This document shows, piece after piece, positions 18,684 through 26,278 of a stretch of 64,000 bases of DNA (position 1 is its first letter; every line of letters begins with the position of its first letter). Under the pieces are notes generated by a model. The model saw only the letters and a list, made by a program, of their open reading frames with translations, did not search any database and was not told the origin of the DNA. The stretch is from positions 334,963-398,962 of the forward strand of contig CAMTUP010000009.1 of the NCBI GenBank assembly GCA_947084945.1. Direction: 5' to 3'. The translations under genes and the position numbers were made by a program. Source of the stretch: an uncultured Ignavibacteria bacterium. GTDB taxonomy: Bacteria > Bacteroidota > Ignavibacteria > Tepidaquicellales > OLB5.

Positions 18684-20477
18684 ATGAAATTTACCAAACG
18701 AACAAATACTTGCGGTGAGCTAACCCTTGCTGATTCAGGAAAATCTGTTTCTTTAAACGGATGGGTGGCACAGGTGCGTGATCTTGGCGGCGTTATTTTC
18801 ATTAACCTGCGCGATAGATACGGAATTACACAAATTACCGTAAATTCTGAAAATAAAGAAACTTATGATATTGCCAAATCACTTGGACTGGAATATGTTA
18901 TTTCTGCAAGCGGTTTAGTGCAGAAAAGGTCATCTTCAAATCCAAACATGGCAACCGGTGAAATTGAGGTACTTGCAACCGGACTTGAAATTTTAAATAC
19001 TTCTGAGGTAACACCTTTTGTTGTAGAAGAAGATGTGAAAGCTTCTGAGGAACTTAGATTCAAATACCGTTATTTAGACTTAAGAAGGAAAAAAATTGCT
19101 GATAACCTAGTATTAAGGAATAAAGTTTACCAGATAGTTCATAAATTTTTTGAACGTGAGAATTTTATTGAAATTGAAACTCCTATTCTTATGAAATCAA
19201 CACCTGAAGGCGCACGTGATTATCTTGTTCCTTCACGTGTTCATAAAGGAAAGTTTTACGCTCTGCCACAATCACCGCAAACTTATAAACAAATACTGAT
19301 GGTCAGCGGAATGGACCGCTATGTGCAGATATGCAAATGCTTCCGCGATGAAGATTTAAGAGCTGATAGACAGCCTGAGTTTACACAGATCGATCTTGAA
19401 ATGAGCTTTGTTGAAGAACAAGATGTGTTCAAGATTGTTGAAGGTGTTATTTGCGATATTTGGAAACATGCTAAAGGAATTGAACTTAAGCAGCCATTTA
19501 GAATAATGAGCTATGATGATGCAATGCAAACCTATGGCAGCGATAAACCTGACTTGAGAATAAAAGGTGAGCTTAAAATTGTTGATATTACTGAAACTGT
19601 TAAATCAACTGATTTTAAAGTCTTCACTGATGCAATTTCTCAAAACGGAATTGTAGCTGGAATAAAACTTCCTTCAACAGATGTAACCAGAAAAATTATT
19701 GACCAGCTTACAGATTATGTTAAAACATTAAAGTTTGGCGGGCTTGGTTACATAAAATATAACGCAGATGGAACTTTATCTTCACCAATATTAAAATTTT
19801 TGAGTGATGATATTCAAACAGCAATTAAGAATGCTTATTCAGCCAATGCCGGTGATACTGTTTTCATATTATCAGGAGCAAAGAAAAAAGTTTTACATGG
19901 ACTTGGTAATTTAAGATTAAAACTTGCAGAGCAATTCAATTTAATTGATGAAACCCGTGATGAATTTTTGTGGGTTAATAATTTCCCTCTGTTTGGCTAT
20001 GATGAAGAGTCAGGTACAATAGCCGCTGAGCACCACGCATTCACAATGCCCCATGATGCTGATATGGATAAGCTTGATATTGGAAGCAAAAACCCCAAAG
20101 CTAATGCAGAGCTATTAACAAGTATTCGTGCTACATGTTATGACCTTGTCTGCAATGGCAGCGAGTTTGGCTCAGGCAGTATCAGGATTCACAGAAGTGA
20201 TATACAGGAAAAAGTTTTTAACGTGCTTGAATTAACCAAAGAAGAGCAGCAAGAAAAATTTGGATTTTTGCTTGGCGCTTTCAAATACGGCGCTCCCCCG
20301 CACGGTGGTTTTGCGTTGGGTTTTGATAGAATTATAGCAACTCTTTGCGGGACAAAAGATATCAGAGAAACAATTGCATTCCCAAAAACAACAAGTGCTG
20401 TTGGCTTGATGGATAATTCACCCAGCGTGGTTGATAGTAAACAACTAAAAGAACTAGGAATTACAATAAATAAATAA
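18684..20477 (+). CDS. aspS: Aspartate--tRNA ligase
   Basis: Class II motifs FRDEDLRADRQPEFTQIDLEMSF and GGFALGFDRI, 597 aa. Confidence 0.95.
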   Translation: MKFTKRTNTCGELTLADSGKSVSLNGWVAQVRDLGGVIFINLRDRYGITQITVNSENKETYDIAKSLGLEYVISASGLVQKRSSSNPNMATGEIEVLATGLEILNTSEVTPFVVEEDVKASEELRFKYRYLDLRRKKIADNLVLRNKVYQIVHKFFERENFIEIETPILMKSTPEGARDYLVPSRVHKGKFYALPQSPQTYKQILMVSGMDRYVQICKCFRDEDLRADRQPEFTQIDLEMSFVEEQDVFKIVEGVICDIWKHAKGIELKQPFRIMSYDDAMQTYGSDKPDLRIKGELKIVDITETVKSTDFKVFTDAISQNGIVAGIKLPSTDVTRKIIDQLTDYVKTLKFGGLGYIKYNADGTLSSPILKFLSDDIQTAIKNAYSANAGDTVFILSGAKKKVLHGLGNLRLKLAEQFNLIDETRDEFLWVNNFPLFGYDEESGTIAAEHHAFTMPHDADMDKLDIGSKNPKANAELLTSIRATCYDLVCNGSEFGSGSIRIHRSDIQEKVFNVLELTKEEQQEKFGFLLGAFKYGAPPHGGFALGFDRIIATLCGTKDIRETIAFPKTTSAVGLMDNSPSVVDSKQLKELGITINK

Positions 20478-20479
20478 AT

Positions 20480-21043
20480 ATGAGCAATAAAATAGGTAAT
20501 ACAGAATTTGAAGTAATACAAGGAGATATTACTTTGCTTGAAACAGATGCAATTGTAAATCCTGCCAATACTTTCCTTATGCATACAGGCGGACTTGCAT
20601 TACAAATTGCAAAACGCGGAGGAATGATAGTCCAGCAGGAATCAAAAAAGATTGGTAATATACCAACAGGCAGTGCTGTAATTACAACCGGAGGAAACAT
20701 GAAGACTAAGCATGTCATTCATGCTGTGGGACCAAAATATAAAGACGGCAAATCAGGCGAATCTGATAAACTTGCATCTGCTGTTAATTCAGCGCTTGTT
20801 GTTGCAGAAAAGAAAAAATTGACTTCAATTGCAATTCCTGCAATAAGTTCAGGTATTTATGGCTACCCAATTGAAGAAAGCGCAAAGATCATTGTTGATA
20901 CTGTTGTTGAGTATTTTAATGCAAAGAATAAAGCAAAAGAAGAAACCACACTTTTAAAAGTAGTGTTTTGCTTATTAGATGATGTATCGTTTACAGCTTT
21001 CAAAAACATCTTAGAAAATACACAAAAGGGAAGTAAAAGATGA
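20480..21043 (+). CDS. Macro-domain protein (ADP-ribose binding / O-acetyl-ADP-ribose deacetylase-like)
   Basis: Macro motifs DAIVNPAN...HTGGLA and IAIPAISSGIYGYP. It starts 2 nt after the aspS stop. Confidence 0.85.
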   Translation: MSNKIGNTEFEVIQGDITLLETDAIVNPANTFLMHTGGLALQIAKRGGMIVQQESKKIGNIPTGSAVITTGGNMKTKHVIHAVGPKYKDGKSGESDKLASAVNSALVVAEKKKLTSIAIPAISSGIYGYPIEESAKIIVDTVVEYFNAKNKAKEETTLLKVVFCLLDDVSFTAFKNILENTQKGSKR

Positions 21044-21267
21044 CAAAACAACAGATCATTTCAGACACAATTGATATTCTGAATAGGCTTCCTGATAATA
21101 AAGCTGAAGAGATCAGGAATATGCTGATAAATTACTTCAATGAAAAAAATGATGAGATCTTTGAAAAGGGATTTTCGAAATTAATCAGTGATTCGGAGTC
21201 ATATTCTTTTTTAAATGAAGAACCTGATCTTTATTCAGAGAAAGATCTTATCATCAGATATCAATGA
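21040..21267 (+). CDS. Putative type II antitoxin (partner of the MazF-like toxin)
   Basis: 75-aa acidic ORF with ATGA overlaps to both the macro gene (21040-21043) and the toxin gene (21264-21267). Confidence 0.55.
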   Translation: MTKQQIISDTIDILNRLPDNKAEEIRNMLINYFNEKNDEIFEKGFSKLISDSESYSFLNEEPDLYSEKDLIIRYQ

Positions 21268-21584
21268 TAAAAGGTGAGATTATTCTTGTTAAGTTTCCAT
21301 TTACTGATCTTACCGGCAGCAAGTTAAGACCCGCTATGGTCTTAGCAGAAAGAGGGCAAGATATTTTAACAGCATTTATTACTTCAAACACAGAAAACTT
21401 AAACAATGATGAGATCATAATTGAAGCTGATGAAAAAAACAATTTAAAACAGAAGTCTAAAATTAACTTATTTAAAATTGCCACTTTGAAAAAAGACCTT
21501 GTTCTGGGGAAATTAGGAAATATAAATGAATCCCTATTAAATAGAATCGACGAGAAATTAATACATATATTAAATATTAAATAA
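21264..21584 (+). CDS. PemK/MazF-family toxin (endoribonuclease)
   Basis: N-terminal signature KGEIILVKFPFTDLTGSKLRPAMVL is typical of the MazF/PemK SH3-like fold. 106 aa. Confidence 0.75.
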   Translation: MIKGEIILVKFPFTDLTGSKLRPAMVLAERGQDILTAFITSNTENLNNDEIIIEADEKNNLKQKSKINLFKIATLKKDLVLGKLGNINESLLNRIDEKLIHILNIK

Positions 21585-21596
21585 CAAATCAAAAAA

Positions 21597-22922
21597 ATGC
21601 CAAAAACATTAGAAAAAGATTTAAAGCTTGAAAAATTTAAAGTAAAAGATTTATCATTAGCTGAGTGGGGAAGAAAAGAGATACGTTTAGCCGAAGCTGA
21701 AATGCCGGGTTTAATGGCTATCAGGGATGAATTCAGGAATACCAAACCATTAAAGGGGGCAAGGATTGCTGGCTGTTTACATATGACCATTCAGACAGCT
21801 GTGCTGATTGAAACACTTATAGAACTTGGCGCTGAAGTAAAATGGTCATCTTGCAATATATTTTCAACACAGGATCACGCAGCAGCAGCAATTGCAGCAG
21901 CAGGTATTCCCGTTTACGCATGGAAAGGTATGAATGAAGAAGATTTCAACTGGTGCATAGAACAAACATTATTTTTCAATTCATTTGATAAACCGCTTAA
22001 TATGATACTTGATGATGGTGGTGACTTAACAAACATGGTGCTTGATGACTATCCCGAGCTTATTGCAGGTATCAAAGGAATCAGCGAAGAAACAACAACC
22101 GGTGTTCATAGGTTGTATGAGAGAATGAAAAATGGATCACTATCATTGCCATGTATCAATGTAAATGACTCCGTTACAAAATCAAAATTTGATAATAAAT
22201 ATGGCTGTAAAGAATCATTAGTAGATGCCATAAGGCGAGCTACTGATATTATGATGGCAGGTAAAGTTGCTGTTGTAGCAGGTTACGGTGATGTTGGTAA
22301 AGGCTCAGCCCAATCACTTCGCGGTGCAGGCGCAAGGGTTATGATTACAGAAATAGACCCAATTTGCGCTCTACAGGCTGCTATGGATGGTTACCAGGTT
22401 ATAACAATGGATGAAGCTGCTAAAGTGGTTGATATTCTTGTTACTGCAACAGGGAACCTGAATATAATTACAGACAGGCATTTCAAATCAATGAAAGATA
22501 AAGCAATTGTTTGCAATATCGGTCATTTTGATAATGAAATTGATATGGCATGGTTAAACAAGAACTATGGCAATACAAAAGAAACCATAAAACCACAGGT
22601 TGATCTTTACAATATAGATGGCAAAGAAATATTAATCTTAGCAGAAGGCAGACTTGTAAATCTTGGATGCGCAATGGGTCATCCTTCATTTGTGATGTCA
22701 AATTCATTTTCAAACCAGGTGCTTGCGCAAATTGAACTTTGGATCAACAATGCAAATTATGAAAATAAAGTGTATGTACTTCCAAAACATCTTGATGAAA
22801 AAGTTGCAAGACTTCATCTTGCAAAGGTTGGAGCTAAGCTTGAAACTTTATCACCAGAGCAGGCTAAATATATTGGTGTTGAAGTTGATGGACCTTACAA
22901 AGCTGAATGGTACAGGTATTAA
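21597..22922 (+). CDS. ahcY: Adenosylhomocysteinase
   Basis: NAD-binding [20 protein letters not shown], conserved [16 protein letters not shown] and HPSFVMS motifs. Confidence 0.95.
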   Translation: MPKTLEKDLKLEKFKVKDLSLAEWGRKEIRLAEAEMPGLMAIRDEFRNTKPLKGARIAGCLHMTIQTAVLIETLIELGAEVKWSSCNIFSTQDHAAAAIAAAGIPVYAWKGMNEEDFNWCIEQTLFFNSFDKPLNMILDDGGDLTNMVLDDYPELIAGIKGISEETTTGVHRLYERMKNGSLSLPCINVNDSVTKSKFDNKYGCKESLVDAIRRATDIMMAGKVAVVAGYGDVGKGSAQSLRGAGARVMITEIDPICALQAAMDGYQVITMDEAAKVVDILVTATGNLNIITDRHFKSMKDKAIVCNIGHFDNEIDMAWLNKNYGNTKETIKPQVDLYNIDGKEILILAEGRLVNLGCAMGHPSFVMSNSFSNQVLAQIELWINNANYENKVYVLPKHLDEKVARLHLAKVGAKLETLSPEQAKYIGVEVDGPYKAEWYRY

Positions 22923-22949
22923 TTCAATTGTCATTTATCAATGTACAAT
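22921..22949. repeat. Left arm of an imperfect inverted repeat flanking the four-helix-bundle ORF
   Basis: aattcaattgtcatttatcaatgtacaat. Its reverse complement matches 23353..23383 in blocks caatt / ttatcaatgt / caat (about 25 of 31 positions by eye). Confidence 0.4.
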
Positions 22950-22971
22950 AAAAAGCATTTTGCATTAATAG

Positions 22972-23325
22972 ATGAAAGAAAACATTGTAAAAGATAAAAG
23001 TTACAATTTTTCTTTAAGGATAATAAAGCTATATCAGCATCTTATTGAAAAGAAAAAAGAATTTTTACTTTCCAAACAAATTTTAAGATGTGGGACATCA
23101 ATTGGCGCAAATATTGAAGAGGCAATTGGCGGTCAATCAAAAAAAGATTTCATAAACAAGATATCCATTGCTTATAAAGAAGCGCGCGAAACACATTACT
23201 GGATACGTTTATTAAGGGATAGCAATTATATAGATACAAAATCATCTGATTCGTTATTGAATGATTGTGAAGACTTAATAAAATTAACCGGAAAAATCAT
23301 ATCATCATCCAAGAATAATCTGTAA
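22972..23325 (+). CDS. Four-helix-bundle protein (23S rRNA intervening-sequence protein / Avd-like family)
   Basis: Family hallmark RCGTSIGANIEEAIGGQSKKDFINKISIAYKEARETHYWIRLL, 117 aa. Confidence 0.85.
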   Translation: MKENIVKDKSYNFSLRIIKLYQHLIEKKKEFLLSKQILRCGTSIGANIEEAIGGQSKKDFINKISIAYKEARETHYWIRLLRDSNYIDTKSSDSLLNDCEDLIKLTGKIISSSKNNL

Positions 23326-23352
23326 CATTAAACCTTAAATTGCTAATTAATA

Positions 23353-23383
23353 ATTGAACATTGATAATTGTTAATTGAAAATT
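23353..23383. repeat. Right arm of an imperfect inverted repeat flanking the four-helix-bundle ORF
   Basis: attgaacattgataattgttaattgaaaatt, lying within an (A)ATTGA-rich spacer just before the tRNA. Confidence 0.4.
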
Positions 23384-23388
23384 GATTA

Positions 23389-23461
23389 GCTAGCGTAGCT
23401 CAGCTGGTAGAGCAGCGCATTCGTAATGCGCAGGCCACCGGTTCGATCCCGGTCGCTAGCT
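23389..23461 (+). tRNA. tRNA-Thr (anticodon CGT)
   Basis: Manual cloverleaf: acceptor GCTAGCG/CGCTAGC, D arm GCTC-AGCTGGTA-GAGC, anticodon stem GCGCA/TGCGC with loop TTCGTAA, T arm ACCGG-TTCGATC-CCGGT. CCA is not encoded. Confidence 0.9.
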
Positions 23462-23474
23462 CAAAATTTAAAAT

Positions 23475-23500
23475 CCCGCTATAAATAAGCGGGGTTTTTT
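23475..23500 (+). terminator. Rho-independent terminator after tRNA-Thr
   Basis: Stem CCCGCT/AGCGGG with a 7-nt loop, followed by T6. Confidence 0.7.
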
Positions 23501-23587
23501 ATATTCACTTCTTGGAATAAACTTAATTTTAATTTTTCATTTTAACAAAAAATCATAAATTAGTGACTTTAAAAGGAATTTATTTCA

Positions 23588-25198
23588 TTGATACTAAGTC
23601 ATTATAAATGTATTTTTATACTTTGTAATTCAAATTCTTCATTGGAAACCAAAATTAAACCACAGGAAATAAACTCCGCTTCAAATGATAATTTCTACCT
23701 AAAATTTGCAGTGATTATTGCATTTGTAGCTGGATTTATGTCGCAATATTTCTCTTATATTTACAATTATAATTATGCTTATAGAGATGCGATATTCAGA
23801 ATGGAAGCTGCCCGCAGGTTCTTTGATTCATTAACTCCTGGCATTTACAGTCAGCTTGGAACGGTCTGGCTGCCAATACCCAACCTGATATTAATGCCGC
23901 TGGCAAGCATAGATTACTTTTGGCAAACCGGACTTGCTGCAAGTATTATTAACCTGCCTGCTTTTGTGGTAAGTTCTATAGTAATTTTCCTCATAGTAAA
24001 AACATTAACCAAAAACCCTGCAGCTACATGGTTCAGCTTTCTGATATTTGTGTTCAACTATAATATCCTATACTTCCAAACTACTGCAATGACAGAACAG
24101 CTTTATATTACCTTTATGATATGCAGCTTATATTTTTTGTTTTTATGGTCAAAGGAAAACAAAAGAAACTATTTACTCTACTCTTCAATTTTTGTTTCAT
24201 TGGGTATAGGCACACGATATGACGCTTGGCCTATAGCAATTATTTCAATTGTATTGGTTTTCCTTATCAGCGTGATAAATAAAGATAAACCTATTAAGCA
24301 TGTTTTAATTATGGGGTTATTTCCCGTATTATTTATAGTCCTGTGGCTTTTGTATAACTGGCTCCGTTTCGGAGACCCATTAGAGTTTTCAAGAGGGCAG
24401 AACTCAACTCTAGACCAGTTGAAGTATTATGAGGAAAGAGGAAGGTTGCTGACAAAAGATAATTTCTGGTTATCAGCAAAAGTATATTTTTCCTCAATTT
24501 TATTATATTCGGGATTGATAAATTCCATTATTGGATTTTTGGGACTGATAATATACAGTTTCAAAGAAAGATTAAAATTAAAATCATTGATCTTATTTAT
24601 TCTTTGGGTAGCATTACCAACCACTCTTTTATTGCTATATAAAGGACAACTGATAATTGAATTACCCAACTCAGAACCACCCGGATATTTTAACAGCAGG
24701 TATGGTTTATATTTATTTCCGGCTATTGCTGTTTTTTCAGGTCTGGCAGTATCATATTTATTGAATTTAAGATTTAAGAAAACCATTTTATTCCTGCTTG
24801 GTGTTATTTTTGTATATCAGCAGTATTTATTCTTTGTTGATTTCCCGGTTAATATACCGGCTATAGCAGAAGTAAACTCTTCTAACAATAAAGTCAGTGA
24901 AAATCTCTCTTTTTACATGAAGAACAACTACAAAGGCGGAAAAATTCTTTATGATAATTTAATATTCGCTCTTCACCCATGGACAGGAATTAACCTGGCT
25001 GACAGGATCACATTTAATACATTTGTTATTGGAGCTGAGGCTATGAGTACACCCAGCAAGTATGTTGAATGGATACTGGTCTATAAAGAAGCCTCAAATG
25101 ATAAAATTTATATTGCGGTTAAGAATAACCCTGATTTTCTGGATAATTTCGAGCGTAAATTTTCGGAATATGGAGTTGAGGCTTATAAAAGAAAATAA
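23588..25198 (+). CDS. Polytopic membrane protein, possible GT-C (family 39/ArnT-like) glycosyltransferase; start codon uncertain
   Basis: More than 10 hydrophobic segments and a C-terminal soluble domain. The TTG at 23588 is the first possible start. The family call is tentative. Confidence 0.45.
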   Translation: MILSHYKCIFILCNSNSSLETKIKPQEINSASNDNFYLKFAVIIAFVAGFMSQYFSYIYNYNYAYRDAIFRMEAARRFFDSLTPGIYSQLGTVWLPIPNLILMPLASIDYFWQTGLAASIINLPAFVVSSIVIFLIVKTLTKNPAATWFSFLIFVFNYNILYFQTTAMTEQLYITFMICSLYFLFLWSKENKRNYLLYSSIFVSLGIGTRYDAWPIAIISIVLVFLISVINKDKPIKHVLIMGLFPVLFIVLWLLYNWLRFGDPLEFSRGQNSTLDQLKYYEERGRLLTKDNFWLSAKVYFSSILLYSGLINSIIGFLGLIIYSFKERLKLKSLILFILWVALPTTLLLLYKGQLIIELPNSEPPGYFNSRYGLYLFPAIAVFSGLAVSYLLNLRFKKTILFLLGVIFVYQQYLFFVDFPVNIPAIAEVNSSNNKVSENLSFYMKNNYKGGKILYDNLIFALHPWTGINLADRITFNTFVIGAEAMSTPSKYVEWILVYKEASNDKIYIAVKNNPDFLDNFERKFSEYGVEAYKRK

Positions 25199-25253
25199 GA
25201 GTTTGGATTGTTTTAGAACCCTTTGAAAAACCCTAAAGCAGAAGAATAAACTT

Positions 25254-25346
25254 GCCACCAAGACACGAAGACACAAAGAAACACTAATAAACACTAATAA
25301 ATCTTTGTAAAACTTAGTGACTTGGTGACCTTGTGGTATTTTTTTT
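25254..25346 (+). terminator. Long imperfect hairpin built from 8-nt periodic units (NCACNAAG x3 / complementary arm) followed by T8
   Basis: Left arm is ccaccaagacacgaagacacaaag. The loop contains the tandem acactaataa x2 (25281-25300). Right arm is ctttgtaaaacttagtgacttggtgaccttgtgg, then tttttttt. Confidence 0.5.
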
Positions 25347-25774
25347 CATCTCATGAGGTTTTGCAAAGGCTTCTTTTAATACTTTTTATAAAGAAAGTTA
25401 ATTTAGATAATCATTGCTATACAAAATAATTTGCACGAGTTAATTTTATTGAGATTTTAATTCATTTTAATAGAAATTATATTACTTTTTTTATTTTCTC
25501 AAAATCAATCCTTTACAAGTTTATAAACCCTATTTTTACAATATAATATTGGATAATGCTATTCAATTAATATTTTAAACATTTCTTAAAAAAATTTATT
25601 GATATAGTATTAAATTTGCTTTAATTCGTGTCTGCTCTTACAGAATTGTAAACCATTAGGTAATTAGTGGCTTAAGTTTTTTACAAGTTTTGGAAAGATG
25701 TGACCAATTTTAACAGATTGTAAGCTTTATTAACAGTGTTATTAATATTTAATTTAGTTATTTTTGTTATTCTT

Positions 25775-26278
25775 ATGAGATCATTATACCTCGTCAGGCA
25801 TGCAAAATCAAGTTGGGATACCCCGGGCTTAAGTGACCTTGAACGACCGCTCAATAAAAGGGGTAAACAGGATGCCCCAATGATGGGTAAGTTATTGAAA
25901 AATCTAGGTGAAATACCTGATCTAATAATTACCAGTCCCGCAAAACGTGCAAATAGTACAGCCAAAAGGATTGCCACGGAAATTGATTATAATGAAAAAG
26001 TAATTATAATAAATGATCTTCTTTATATGGCTGATATAGAAAATTTTATTGAGGTAATTAAAGATGTCAATGAAAAATTTAAAAAAATAATGATATTCAG
26101 CCATAATTATGGTATAACAGATTTTGCGAATTATATTAGCACCTCAGATATAGAAAATATTCCCACTTGCGGAGTAGTAAAAATTGATTTTAAGTTTGAT
26201 TCATGGAATAAAATTAAAAAAGAAAAGGGAAAATTGGTTTTTTTTGAATACCCAAAAAAATATACAAATGGAATATAA
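25775..26278 (+). CDS. Histidine phosphatase superfamily protein (SixA-like phosphohistidine phosphatase)
   Basis: N-terminal LYLVRHAKS (RHG-type motif) and a small size of about 167 aa. ATG 25775 is preferred over GTG 25736. Confidence 0.7.
   Translation: MRSLYLVRHAKSSWDTPGLSDLERPLNKRGKQDAPMMGKLLKNLGEIPDLIITSPAKRANSTAKRIATEIDYNEKVIIINDLLYMADIENFIEVIKDVNEKFKKIMIFSHNYGITDFANYISTSDIENIPTCGVVKIDFKFDSWNKIKKEKGKLVFFEYPKKYTNGI

Noticed and set aside
21254-21790. 178-aa ORF on the minus strand spanning the MazF-like gene and the start of ahcY.
   Set aside because: It is entirely antisense to two well-supported genes. Its composition is low-complexity and Ser/Phe/Ile/Leu-rich, as is typical of shadow frames in AT-rich DNA. 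The same reasoning applies to 480..698, 2453..2722, 7526..7834, 20189..20584, 20461..20718, 24427..24786, 25681..25977, 26201..26548, 34328..34630, 40903..41346, 48836..49126, 49196..49543 and the other short antisense ORFs in the track.
22972-23325. Possibility that the Avd-like four-helix-bundle gene marks a diversity-generating retroelement.
   Set aside because: No reverse transcriptase ORF and no template/variable repeat pair is visible anywhere in the 64 kb window.
23389-25198. Genomic island integrated at tRNA-Thr.
   Set aside because: No integrase is present and no direct repeat of the tRNA 3' end is seen downstream. The adjacent gene is an ordinary-looking membrane protein with the same composition as its surroundings.
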